DNA of 64,000 nucleotides from the sequence record NC_101838.1. The stretch is one strand, 5' to 3'. The DNA is from a phage. The translations under genes and the position numbers were made by a program. Shown here piece by piece: positions 56,170 to 64,000 of this stretch; positions within the stretch are counted from its first letter, which is position 1; each line of letters starts with the position of its first letter. The notes under the pieces were generated by a model that was not told the DNA's origin, did not search any database, and saw only the letters and a program-made list of their open reading frames with translations.

Positions 56170-57353
56170 TGTCAAGAAACGTATTTGAAAGTGGTCAAAT
56201 CACTGTCCGTGAGTTGCCAGCCATCATTCAGTTTGCCCAGCGTCATAACCGATCTGTCCTGATTTTAGGACCAATGGGCGTGGGGAAGAGCCAGGTGATG
56301 AAGCAGATCGCTGATAATATGTTCGGTGAGCGAGATGACAACCTGGTTGACGTGCGGCTGTCAGATAAAGATCCTGCCGACTTATCTGGGCTACCTATCC
56401 CTGTAGAAGCGGATGGAACTACACGTACAGTGTTTGCAATTCCAGAATTTTGGCCTGCAGATCCGGACTGGAGCGGAATTATCTTTCTGGATGAGCTCAC
56501 TCATGCAGATAACTATCTGCAAAAGGTTGCAATGCAGATTATGCTCGACCACAAGTGCGGCACCTATGCATTCCCTAAAGGCTCTGTTTTTGTGGCTGCG
56601 GGTAACCGTTCTACAGATGGTGCGGTTCTTTCGGCGCTCGAAGCCCCTCTGGCTAACCGTTTTATCATTGTAGAAGTTACAAGCAATGCAGAGGTGTTTA
56701 TTGAGGACTACGCATTCCTCAATGGGGTGCACTCCTCTGTAATTGGGTATCTGAAAAGAGTTCCATCAGCTATCGATAATTATGAGGCTATGGCTGAGAT
56801 TAATTGTCCATCTTTTGCCACACCGCGATCTTGGGTTGCTGCATCTGACATCTTGCACGATTTTGACAGCGGTATTATTTCTGACGCTATGGCCCGTGTT
56901 CTTCTGCAAGGTGCTATTGGTCACACTGCAGCGGTAGAGATCTGGACCTACCACACCAAGAAACGCAACTTACCGGAAATCGGTCGGATTATGGCAGGGG
57001 GTTGCAAAGAATACATAGGTCCTAAACAGCCAGACATCTTGTGGATTCTTGGGTCTGAAGGTTGTATCGCTATTCGTAATATGATGGAAAATGCAAGTAT
57101 CTCCGACGAAGATCTTGTTAGCTGTGTAGCAAACTTCCTCGATTTCCTTTGGGAAAATTTCAAGGACGAGAACCGAGATTTTGTATTCTCAGTCTTTATG
57201 GCGATGATGAAACCTAATGCCTTAGGAAATGCCTTGCTTATCGGTAAAGGGCGTGACAAGATCGTTGCTCAACTGATCAAAGCGTACCCAAACCTGATGA
57301 AGATTGTAAAAGAGTTTGGTGAAGAGTTTAGCGCCATTTTAGCTAAAGCTTAA
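56169..57353 (+). CDS. MoxR/CobS-type AAA+ ATPase
   Basis: 394 aa; Walker A LILGPMGVGKSQ, Walker B IIFLDELTHA. Confidence 0.7.
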   Translation: MSRNVFESGQITVRELPAIIQFAQRHNRSVLILGPMGVGKSQVMKQIADNMFGERDDNLVDVRLSDKDPADLSGLPIPVEADGTTRTVFAIPEFWPADPDWSGIIFLDELTHADNYLQKVAMQIMLDHKCGTYAFPKGSVFVAAGNRSTDGAVLSALEAPLANRFIIVEVTSNAEVFIEDYAFLNGVHSSVIGYLKRVPSAIDNYEAMAEINCPSFATPRSWVAASDILHDFDSGIISDAMARVLLQGAIGHTAAVEIWTYHTKKRNLPEIGRIMAGGCKEYIGPKQPDILWILGSEGCIAIRNMMENASISDEDLVSCVANFLDFLWENFKDENRDFVFSVFMAMMKPNALGNALLIGKGRDKIVAQLIKAYPNLMKIVKEFGEEFSAILAKA

Positions 57354-57362
57354 GGGGGTTGT

Positions 57363-57743
57363 ATGGCTAAAGTAGGTAAGCGGGGAAATTACCGGGTGGT
57401 ATTGACCGAGGAGCCGGAGAAGGAGTACGAATGCAGCTCCACTTGCGTGATCGATATCCGAGAAAAAGATGTAGATGAAATCTGGTTTAAAATATTAGAC
57501 GCTTGCGACAGCAGTGATTATTTCTTCATCTATGTCAACGATAAGGCTGGATTCTTCCATGACGACGGAGAGTTGCCGTATGAAATCTATGAACTTGTAG
57601 AGGCTTGCCATCGTGGAGATGCGGAGTTGTTTGGCCTACGGCTGAAAAGCGGTAAATTCTTCTATCAAGATGAGTGCATGAATCTTCATAACTTTGTAGA
57701 GGGAACTTGCAACGATGGAGAGATTTTGGCACACTACGATTAA
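57363..57743 (+). CDS. hypothetical protein
   Basis: 126 aa; AGGGGG RBS; followed by terminator. Confidence 0.35.
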   Translation: MAKVGKRGNYRVVLTEEPEKEYECSSTCVIDIREKDVDEIWFKILDACDSSDYFFIYVNDKAGFFHDDGELPYEIYELVEACHRGDAELFGLRLKSGKFFYQDECMNLHNFVEGTCNDGEILAHYD

Positions 57744-57754
57744 TTTCTAAGACC

Positions 57755-57783
57755 TCCCCCGCTTCGGCGGGGATTTTCTATTT
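57755..57783 (+). terminator. intrinsic terminator
   Basis: TCCCCCGC / GCGGGGA stem, TTCG loop, TTTTCTATTT tail. Confidence 0.6.
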
Positions 57784-57792
57784 GGAGTCATT

Positions 57793-58293
57793 GTGAAAAT
57801 TAAGATCTTTGCTATTATTTTGAGCGCACTTTTATCGCTGCCTGTTGTTGCAGCACCAAAACAAAAAGTATATCATACTTGCAAGCCATCAGATACTAAG
57901 GAAAACATTCTGGCATGCAATATCTACAGGGAAGCTAGAGGAGATGGCACGATGGGTATGCTGGCATCTGGGTTTGCCACACTAAACAGGAAATCCCACC
58001 CTAAATACCCAGACACTATAAGAAAGATTGTCTACCAACCTAACCAGTTTTCGTGGACAAACCACGGCAAAACTTTTAAGGTGACAGAAAAAGATTCATG
58101 GGATCACGCTAAAAGTCTTGCAAAGATGCTTCTAAAGGTCTATAATAACAACCATGTTGCATACATGGCTATGGATATAACAGGTGGAGCAACACACTAC
58201 CATACAACCAAAGTACGACCGAAGTGGGCAAAAAAGATGCAGAGGACAGCTCAATTCGGGAGTCATATCTACTACAAGGAGCGCAATAAATGA
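57793..58293 (+). CDS. endolysin candidate, SleB-like cell wall hydrolase with Sec-type signal peptide
   Basis: 166 aa; N-terminal MKIKIFAIILSALLSLPVVAAPK signal-like sequence; motifs NIYREARGDG and QPNQFSW typical of SleB/Hydrolase_2 family. Confidence 0.55.
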   Translation: MKIKIFAIILSALLSLPVVAAPKQKVYHTCKPSDTKENILACNIYREARGDGTMGMLASGFATLNRKSHPKYPDTIRKIVYQPNQFSWTNHGKTFKVTEKDSWDHAKSLAKMLLKVYNNNHVAYMAMDITGGATHYHTTKVRPKWAKKMQRTAQFGSHIYYKERNK

Positions 58294-60272
58294 TTGTAAA
58301 CAGTAATGAAACTAAAGCGGTACTGACCGGGAATATGGAGGTCACCAGGGGCTCAATTTCTCTGAACAAAGAGACTTTTGGGCTAATCATTAAAGGGATT
58401 TACGAAGACAAGGTGCTGGCAAGCTGCCGTGAACCAATCTTCAATGCCGTGGACTCTCATGTTGAGTCTGGACGGGGTGATGTACCGATCATCATTCACT
58501 CTCCTACAGACCTTGAACCATACTTCTTTGTGCAGGACGTTGGATTGGGCATGTCAGAAGAGATGGTCCGCAACACTTTCATGAACCTCGGGGAGTCAAC
58601 CAAGCGCAACAGCAACGCTCTGGTAGGTAATAAAGGTGTTGGTTCAAAGGCTCCGTTCAGCATGGTGGACACTTTCGATGTTATCAGTGTGCACAATGGT
58701 GTTGAAAGCACATATCTATTGTTCTTGGATCAGGGTATCCCAAACGTTACCAAGATCCGTGAGCGGAAGACTGAAGAGCACAACGGGGTAAAAGTTCAGT
58801 TCCATGTTAAGAAAGAGCATGTCCTGAAATATCGCACTGCTATTGCATCGTGCTTACGCTATGCGAAGTTTCCGTTCATCGTCACCGATCCTATGACCAG
58901 TAAGATGTTAGAAGGTGACAAGGTTGAGGCACAGTATCATTACGAGAAGGATGGCTGGAAAATGACCATCCTGAAAGGTTATACCAGTTCTGATGAGAGC
59001 CGTGTTGTGATGGGTCACCAACCTTACCGCTCCAAGTTCCTGGAGACATTGACCGATTACCCTGCAATCTGCGTGGAAATTCCTATTGGGGATTGCAATA
59101 TTAACCCTGGGCGTGAATGGACCATAGAGGGCCATGACGACGGTGGATTCCAGGATCGCCTGGAGGCCTTTGTCAAAGAAGGTATACGTCTTCGCGGGGC
59201 AGAAGTTGTTGCAGAACTGGAGACGGCAAAAACCTCCGCAGAAGCACGTGAAATGATGAAGAATAGTGGAGTGTTCGGACACATCTTCGGCAAAAACTTT
59301 ATGTGGAACCGTTGGGAAGAAACAGGGCTTGGCGACTTAGGCGATTGTGAAATTTTCGCTGGCGGCTTAAATAAAGGCCGCATAGGCTATGCTCGTTACG
59401 GAAAGTCGGAGTTCTTACGAGGTGTATACCTTGTATTTAACGACGGAGACGGCAAATATAACCGGAATAAGTGTAACTACTTAAGCGAGATCACCGGACG
59501 CAACGTTTTCTATTGCCGGAACACGGATCTGGTGAAAGAGTTTAAAGAGGCGGCACACCATCCGTTCTTTGCAGATACGGTCAAATTGTTATCGGAGCTT
59601 CCACGCCGACCTGCGAAGAAAGGTGAAACCAAAACTCGTTACGAGCCAGGCTACTGGGTTAAGAAGCTTAGAGAGGATGGCTACTTCCATCGTGAGCGCC
59701 TCACGAAGGCAGAGTTCAAGAAGATTAAGCATTGCATCCCTTATGAGGGGGATATCCAACGGGGAAGCTGCTGGCTGGGCCAGATGAGTAACATCTACCA
59801 GCAAAATTATGACCGTGTGCGTGCTGCACTCCAGATTCCTGAAGGTGAAGATCTGTACCTGGTATCAGAATCTCGTCTGCTTTGGACTGATCCTGATTGC
59901 CAGTATGTTACAGAGAAGAATGTGGAACATTTGTTGAAAGAGGATGCTTGGAAATTCTTACTGACTCGCGCAGCAAATGAAACTTCATATGACAGCCTGT
60001 ATAGACAATTAGGGAAAATTATCCCCATGCAGGATTTTGGAAATTATCGGCCACATTTCCACAAGTGGGAAGGTAACACCGCGTGGAAGCACAGTGAGCT
60101 AAATCATCGTGCCAAAATCTTAATCGCCAACCGGGTTAAGTGCGGGAAGGCCTATATTGCAAGATTGGAAAAGAAATATCCACTTTTGAAGCATGTGGGC
60201 TTGAAATATTGGGACACTCCTGCTATGATTGAATACCGTGAACTGATTGATACAAAGAATAACATCAAATAA
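58290..60272 (+). CDS. rIIA: rIIA-like protein (N-terminal GHKL ATPase fold)
   Basis: 660 aa; GHKL motifs EPIFNAVDSH, VQDVGLGM, GNKGVGSKAPFSMVDTFDVISVH, similar to recalled T4 rIIA N-terminus; followed by rIIB-like gene. Confidence 0.7.
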   Translation: MIVNSNETKAVLTGNMEVTRGSISLNKETFGLIIKGIYEDKVLASCREPIFNAVDSHVESGRGDVPIIIHSPTDLEPYFFVQDVGLGMSEEMVRNTFMNLGESTKRNSNALVGNKGVGSKAPFSMVDTFDVISVHNGVESTYLLFLDQGIPNVTKIRERKTEEHNGVKVQFHVKKEHVLKYRTAIASCLRYAKFPFIVTDPMTSKMLEGDKVEAQYHYEKDGWKMTILKGYTSSDESRVVMGHQPYRSKFLETLTDYPAICVEIPIGDCNINPGREWTIEGHDDGGFQDRLEAFVKEGIRLRGAEVVAELETAKTSAEAREMMKNSGVFGHIFGKNFMWNRWEETGLGDLGDCEIFAGGLNKGRIGYARYGKSEFLRGVYLVFNDGDGKYNRNKCNYLSEITGRNVFYCRNTDLVKEFKEAAHHPFFADTVKLLSELPRRPAKKGETKTRYEPGYWVKKLREDGYFHRERLTKAEFKKIKHCIPYEGDIQRGSCWLGQMSNIYQQNYDRVRAALQIPEGEDLYLVSESRLLWTDPDCQYVTEKNVEHLLKEDAWKFLLTRAANETSYDSLYRQLGKIIPMQDFGNYRPHFHKWEGNTAWKHSELNHRAKILIANRVKCGKAYIARLEKKYPLLKHVGLKYWDTPAMIEYRELIDTKNNIK

Positions 60273-60282
60273 GGAGACCAAG

Positions 60283-61488
60283 ATGATTTTCATTTACGAA
60301 CACTTCAAAACTCGTAAAGAAGCACGTGACCGCCGTGCAGAACTTGAGAAGAAGGGTTTCACATGTGCCATTGAGAAAGGTGACACAACCTGGACACTGG
60401 CAGTGGGTGCCCCAGAGTTGTTCGATCCTGACCGTGACAGCGTCTGCTACACCCGTGAGGATTTTGAAACCCGTGAAGAGGCCCGTTTATTTCGATATGG
60501 GCTGGAAGATAACGGTAAGTACGCCATGATCTTAGACTTGGGCGAAGGTTCCGTTAAACGTTGGGGCGTGGTATACCCACTGTGTGTTGTTCACGGTGTG
60601 GGGTTCACTGGGGTGGCAATCAAGTCAGAAGAACCTTTAGTAGAAGTCAAAGATCCGGTGCTGGAGGTGGTGAGCAGTGTGTCTCAGCAACAGACTCGAA
60701 GCATCGAGCCTTTAGTAGTTATTTGTGGAGAACTCCTCCAGATCACCTGCAACGAAGGTATTTTTGAAATTCGCCGCAGTGAAAGTGAGGAAGTTTACCA
60801 GAAAGTCTTCGACCATATCTCTGTTCAGGAATATGACGAGGCAATTGGTGAAATCCTTGTCTGGGTGGAACGCAAGAATGAGTTCACCACACTTGCAGAC
60901 AACCTGATCATGAAGGATGGTAAGCTCTACTACTACGGTGTAGAGATGCGATCCACCATTGCAAAGAAAATTGAGAAAGATTATGCAGACGGAACACTGG
61001 ATGACCGCTATGTGAAATTCCTAGTTCGCCTGCTACGCAATCCTTCTGCAAAATCTGTAAACATGCTCTACGATTTTATGCAGGCCAACGATATCCAGAT
61101 TGCAGAAGATGGTCGAATCATTTGCTACAAAGGGGTTCAGTTTAACGGCAGCAAGTGGGTGGATTGGCACAGTGGTAAAGTTCCACAATACCAGGGTGCT
61201 TTTGTATCCATGCCTCGTAACTTTGTAGAGGATGATCCGGAAGCTGCGTGCTCCTATGGCTTACACTGCGCCAGCAAAGAGTATGCAAAGAGCTACGGCA
61301 CTGTAATGACTGTTATGGTTGATCCTGCAGATGTGGTTAGTGTGCCATACCAACACAATAGCGCTAAGTGCCGTGCATGCCGCTATGAGATTGTGGTAGC
61401 TCCGGAAGCACGCAAAGATGGAGACCCTATTGAATATGTAGTTGATCGTGACGGCAACACTATCGACATTCTTTACGAGGAGGCGTAA
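60283..61488 (+). CDS. rIIB: rIIB-like protein
   Basis: ATG 60283 with AGGAGA RBS (track start 60247); C-terminal region LRNPSAKSVNMLYDFMQANDIQIAEDG ... CSYGLHCASKEYAKSYG ... DVVSVPYQHNSAKCRACRYEIV resembles recalled T4 rIIB. Confidence 0.65.
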   Translation: MIFIYEHFKTRKEARDRRAELEKKGFTCAIEKGDTTWTLAVGAPELFDPDRDSVCYTREDFETREEARLFRYGLEDNGKYAMILDLGEGSVKRWGVVYPLCVVHGVGFTGVAIKSEEPLVEVKDPVLEVVSSVSQQQTRSIEPLVVICGELLQITCNEGIFEIRRSESEEVYQKVFDHISVQEYDEAIGEILVWVERKNEFTTLADNLIMKDGKLYYYGVEMRSTIAKKIEKDYADGTLDDRYVKFLVRLLRNPSAKSVNMLYDFMQANDIQIAEDGRIICYKGVQFNGSKWVDWHSGKVPQYQGAFVSMPRNFVEDDPEAACSYGLHCASKEYAKSYGTVMTVMVDPADVVSVPYQHNSAKCRACRYEIVVAPEARKDGDPIEYVVDRDGNTIDILYEEA

Positions 61489-62858
61489 TGGAAAAAGGGC
61501 AGTATGATGTAGGCACAGATGCTGCCCTCGTTGCAATCATGAGCGGTGAGAATGTCTTCGTTTCAGGACCCGCAGGTTGTGGGAAGACGTACCTCATCAA
61601 CATGATCCAGTCAATGTATGGAGACTCTTGCATAACGGTTGCCCCGACAGGGGTTGCCGCTTTAAACGTTAATGGAGCAACAGCACACCGAACCTTCGAT
61701 CTTGCAGCAGGTGTGAGCATGGAGTCAGACTGGACTGCAATAAGGGCAAAAACAGCAAAGCCTTTGAAAAGCAAGGCATTTACCATCCTAATTATCGATG
61801 AAATCTCTATGATCCGTGCTGATAAGTTTATAGAGATGGATAGGAAACTCCGCTTCCTTCGAAAAAATGACAAACCTTTCGGAGGCATACAGGTCATATT
61901 GTTTGGCGATTTTTACCAGGCACCTCCTGTTGTCTCTTCTATGGAGAAGGAGGCCTACTTCAACTTCTACCACACAGACCTATGTTGCTATACCGAATCT
62001 TGGAAAGAGCTGGACCTTCACAACATAGCCCTAATAGACCAGTTCCGACAGGAGTCTATTCGATTTGCCACAATGCTCAACTGTGTTCGTGAGGGTCGTC
62101 GCATAAAAGAGGTTGTAGCAGAACTTAATGCTCGCTGTTACAAAGGCGGTGTACCAACAGACGCTCTCACAATTTGCGCCACCAACAAACAAGCAGAGGA
62201 AGTGAACAGAAGGTTCTATGATGCCATCAACGCCCCAGAGAAGGTATACACTGGTGAAATGAAGGGTAAGTTTCCCTCCACCCTGCCAGTTGAGCAGGAG
62301 ATGAAGTTGAAAATTGGCATGAAAGTTATGATAACCGCCAACGATGTTGACCCGACGCACAAAGTACCTTATTATGTTAACGGAACACGTGCCACAATTG
62401 TTAAATTTAAGAACAAGGCGGTGGTGGTAGAGCTTGAAGATGGAACACAGGTTGACATAGAGCAGAGGTTGTGGGAAAATAACGAGTATAAGCCATCTCA
62501 GAGATACAACATTGCAGAAAGGAAGATGGAGAAGTTTATAGAGAGGGTAGTGATTGGGTCATACAGGCAACTTCCTCTGAAATCTGGGTATGCCGTAACA
62601 TCTCATAAAAGTCAAGGACTTACGCTAGATTGTTACAACCTGGACCTTGGAAAGAACGGAGCTTTCTCTCCTGGGATGACGTATGTTGCTTTGAGTCGGG
62701 TTAAGACAATACAAGGAATAAACTTGTTGCGTCCACTAAGAGAAGTTGACATTATTGTTGACCCGCGAGTCGTAGAGTTTTACAATACAACATTCCCTGA
62801 CTTAGACAAAATTGTCAGGAAAGATTTTGAAACCAGAGCTGAAGAGGGGGACGTATGA
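61488..62858 (+). CDS. Dda-like SF1 DNA helicase
   Basis: 456 aa; Walker A GPAGCGKT, Walker B ILIIDEISM, motifs GDFYQAPPV, YAVTSHKSQGLTLD, YVALSRVK. Confidence 0.75.
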   Translation: MEKGQYDVGTDAALVAIMSGENVFVSGPAGCGKTYLINMIQSMYGDSCITVAPTGVAALNVNGATAHRTFDLAAGVSMESDWTAIRAKTAKPLKSKAFTILIIDEISMIRADKFIEMDRKLRFLRKNDKPFGGIQVILFGDFYQAPPVVSSMEKEAYFNFYHTDLCCYTESWKELDLHNIALIDQFRQESIRFATMLNCVREGRRIKEVVAELNARCYKGGVPTDALTICATNKQAEEVNRRFYDAINAPEKVYTGEMKGKFPSTLPVEQEMKLKIGMKVMITANDVDPTHKVPYYVNGTRATIVKFKNKAVVVELEDGTQVDIEQRLWENNEYKPSQRYNIAERKMEKFIERVVIGSYRQLPLKSGYAVTSHKSQGLTLDCYNLDLGKNGAFSPGMTYVALSRVKTIQGINLLRPLREVDIIVDPRVVEFYNTTFPDLDKIVRKDFETRAEEGDV

Positions 62859-63196
62859 GTTTGTGGAGAAATATAGTTAACTACGTGTGTGGCAATCCAA
62901 CTCCTGAAGAGAAGGATGTTGTGATTCACGATTTTACTAAAAGATCTCGTGAAAAAGATCTACTGCTAACAAAGGTGACTGATAAAGATCCTGCAGTAGG
63001 GGACTGGGCAGGTTTTGCGTTCACATCGGACAAATACACCTTTAACAAAGGTGACTATCTTGTTGTGGATTTTAACGAGGACATCGAGGGTGCTGAACCT
63101 TACTATCAGACCCTTATTGTTGCAGGGTGTGTTGATCTCTCTGCAGGCATGCACAGTTTGATTCTTTTTGAGCTTGACTCTGAAGACCTTCAGTAG
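62855..63196 (+). CDS. hypothetical protein
   Basis: 113 aa; ATG overlaps helicase stop (ATGA); TAG stop. Confidence 0.35.
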   Translation: MSLWRNIVNYVCGNPTPEEKDVVIHDFTKRSREKDLLLTKVTDKDPAVGDWAGFAFTSDKYTFNKGDYLVVDFNEDIEGAEPYYQTLIVAGCVDLSAGMHSLILFELDSEDLQ

Positions 63197-63213
63197 TAAG
63201 ATGTGAGTATAAA

Positions 63214-63231
63214 GGGGAGGCACTCCTCCCC
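63214..63231 (+). other. GC-rich hairpin without U-tract upstream of methyltransferase gene
   Basis: GGGGAGG-CACT-CCTCCCC followed by A-rich sequence. Confidence 0.3.
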
Positions 63232-63258
63232 ACAAAAAACTAGGGAGAGCACCAAACG

Positions 63259-64000
63259 ATGAGCAAAACCAAATTAGAACTAACCTGGATAGGTAAAAAC
63301 GAGCGCAAAAAGTTAGAGCCGCACATTTTGTTAGAAGATTCTAGCAAGTCTTACCACAGCCAGAAAGTGACCGAAAACGATATTTTTGATAATAAACTGA
63401 TTTTTGGAGATAACTTATTAGCATTGAAGGCGCTAGAGCAAGAGTATGCAGGCAAAGTGAAGTGTGTTTACATAGACCCACCATTCAATACTGGAAGGGC
63501 TTTTGAGCACTACGATGATAGCCTAGAGCATTCCATTTGGCTGGGCTTAATGAGGGATAGGTTAGAAATAATTCGTAATCTTCTAAGTGATGATGGGGTA
63601 ATATTCGTTCACTTAGATGATTGCGAAATGGCGTATTTAAAAGTTTTGATGGACGAGATTTTTGGTCGTGCAAATCAGTTAAATACCATATCGATGACCA
63701 CAAATTCCCCTTCGGGATTTAAGGCAACAGGAGCCACAGTTTTCTCCACAGCAAACTTTTTGCTCGTATATGCAAAAGATCGCACCCAGAAACCGCTTAA
63801 CAAAATCTATATACCTAAAGGGTATGATACAGGATATAACAAATACCTATTAAACCCGGATGACCATTATAAAAATTGGACGTGGTGCGGTATTGCCGAT
63901 GCGTTTGCAAAGGCCAATGGCTATAAAGATGCAAAAGAAGCCAAGAAAAAACTGCCTGACACATTCGATGATGAATTAGCACAATTCGCAATTGATAATG
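63259..64000 (+). CDS. N6-adenine DNA methyltransferase (partial; 3-prime end beyond window)
   Basis: ATG 63259 with AGGGAGAG RBS; open to window end (not in track because no stop); motif VYIDPPFNTG (DPPF/Y) and FGDNLLALKAL upstream, as in Type III Mod-like methylases. Confidence 0.65.
   Translation, partial: MSKTKLELTWIGKNERKKLEPHILLEDSSKSYHSQKVTENDIFDNKLIFGDNLLALKALEQEYAGKVKCVYIDPPFNTGRAFEHYDDSLEHSIWLGLMRDRLEIIRNLLSDDGVIFVHLDDCEMAYLKVLMDEIFGRANQLNTISMTTNSPSGFKATGATVFSTANFLLVYAKDRTQKPLNKIYIPKGYDTGYNKYLLNPDDHYKNWTWCGIADAFAKANGYKDAKEAKKKLPDTFDDELAQFAIDN

Noticed and set aside
1-64000. CRISPR arrays, diversity-generating retroelement, integrase or other recombinase
   Set aside because: No spaced direct-repeat array, no reverse-transcriptase-like ORF near the fiber genes, and no tyrosine or serine recombinase motifs among the ORFs; the 27-bp inverted repeat therefore has no cognate recombinase within this window.

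Overview
This 64-kb window reads as a contiguous piece of a large tailed dsDNA phage genome (roughly 45 percent GC, enterobacteria-like sigma70 promoters and codon preference). Positions 21-46804 are a plus-strand structural block in classic order: large terminase, portal, head assembly/scaffold, decoration and major capsid genes, neck genes, contractile-tail sheath and tube, a tail assembly chaperone pair with a -1 frameshift site, tape measure, then Mu/P2-like baseplate genes (hub, spike, gp25/W-like, J-like, I-like). The baseplate block is interrupted by an inserted fiber cluster that includes a lambda M/L/K/J-like tail-tip cassette, and is followed by at least four more fiber genes. A bidirectional terminator near 46817-46846 separates this from an early region: a minus-strand block (46851-53597) and a divergent plus-strand block (53677-64000) carrying a MoxR-type AAA+ ATPase, a Sec-signal SleB-like endolysin, rIIA, rIIB, a Dda-like helicase and a partial N6-adenine DNA methyltransferase. 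No rRNA, tRNA, CRISPR array, integrase or reverse transcriptase was recognised. The most notable oddities are an in-frame amber codon inside a giant fiber gene, a 27-bp perfect inverted repeat overlapping the start codons of two divergent early genes, a split MoxR/vWA pair, and a siphovirus-type tip cassette embedded in a myovirus baseplate operon. All functional calls come from motif recognition by eye, gene order and the supplied ORF track; none was verified by database search, and comparisons to T4, lambda, Mu and P2 proteins are from memory.
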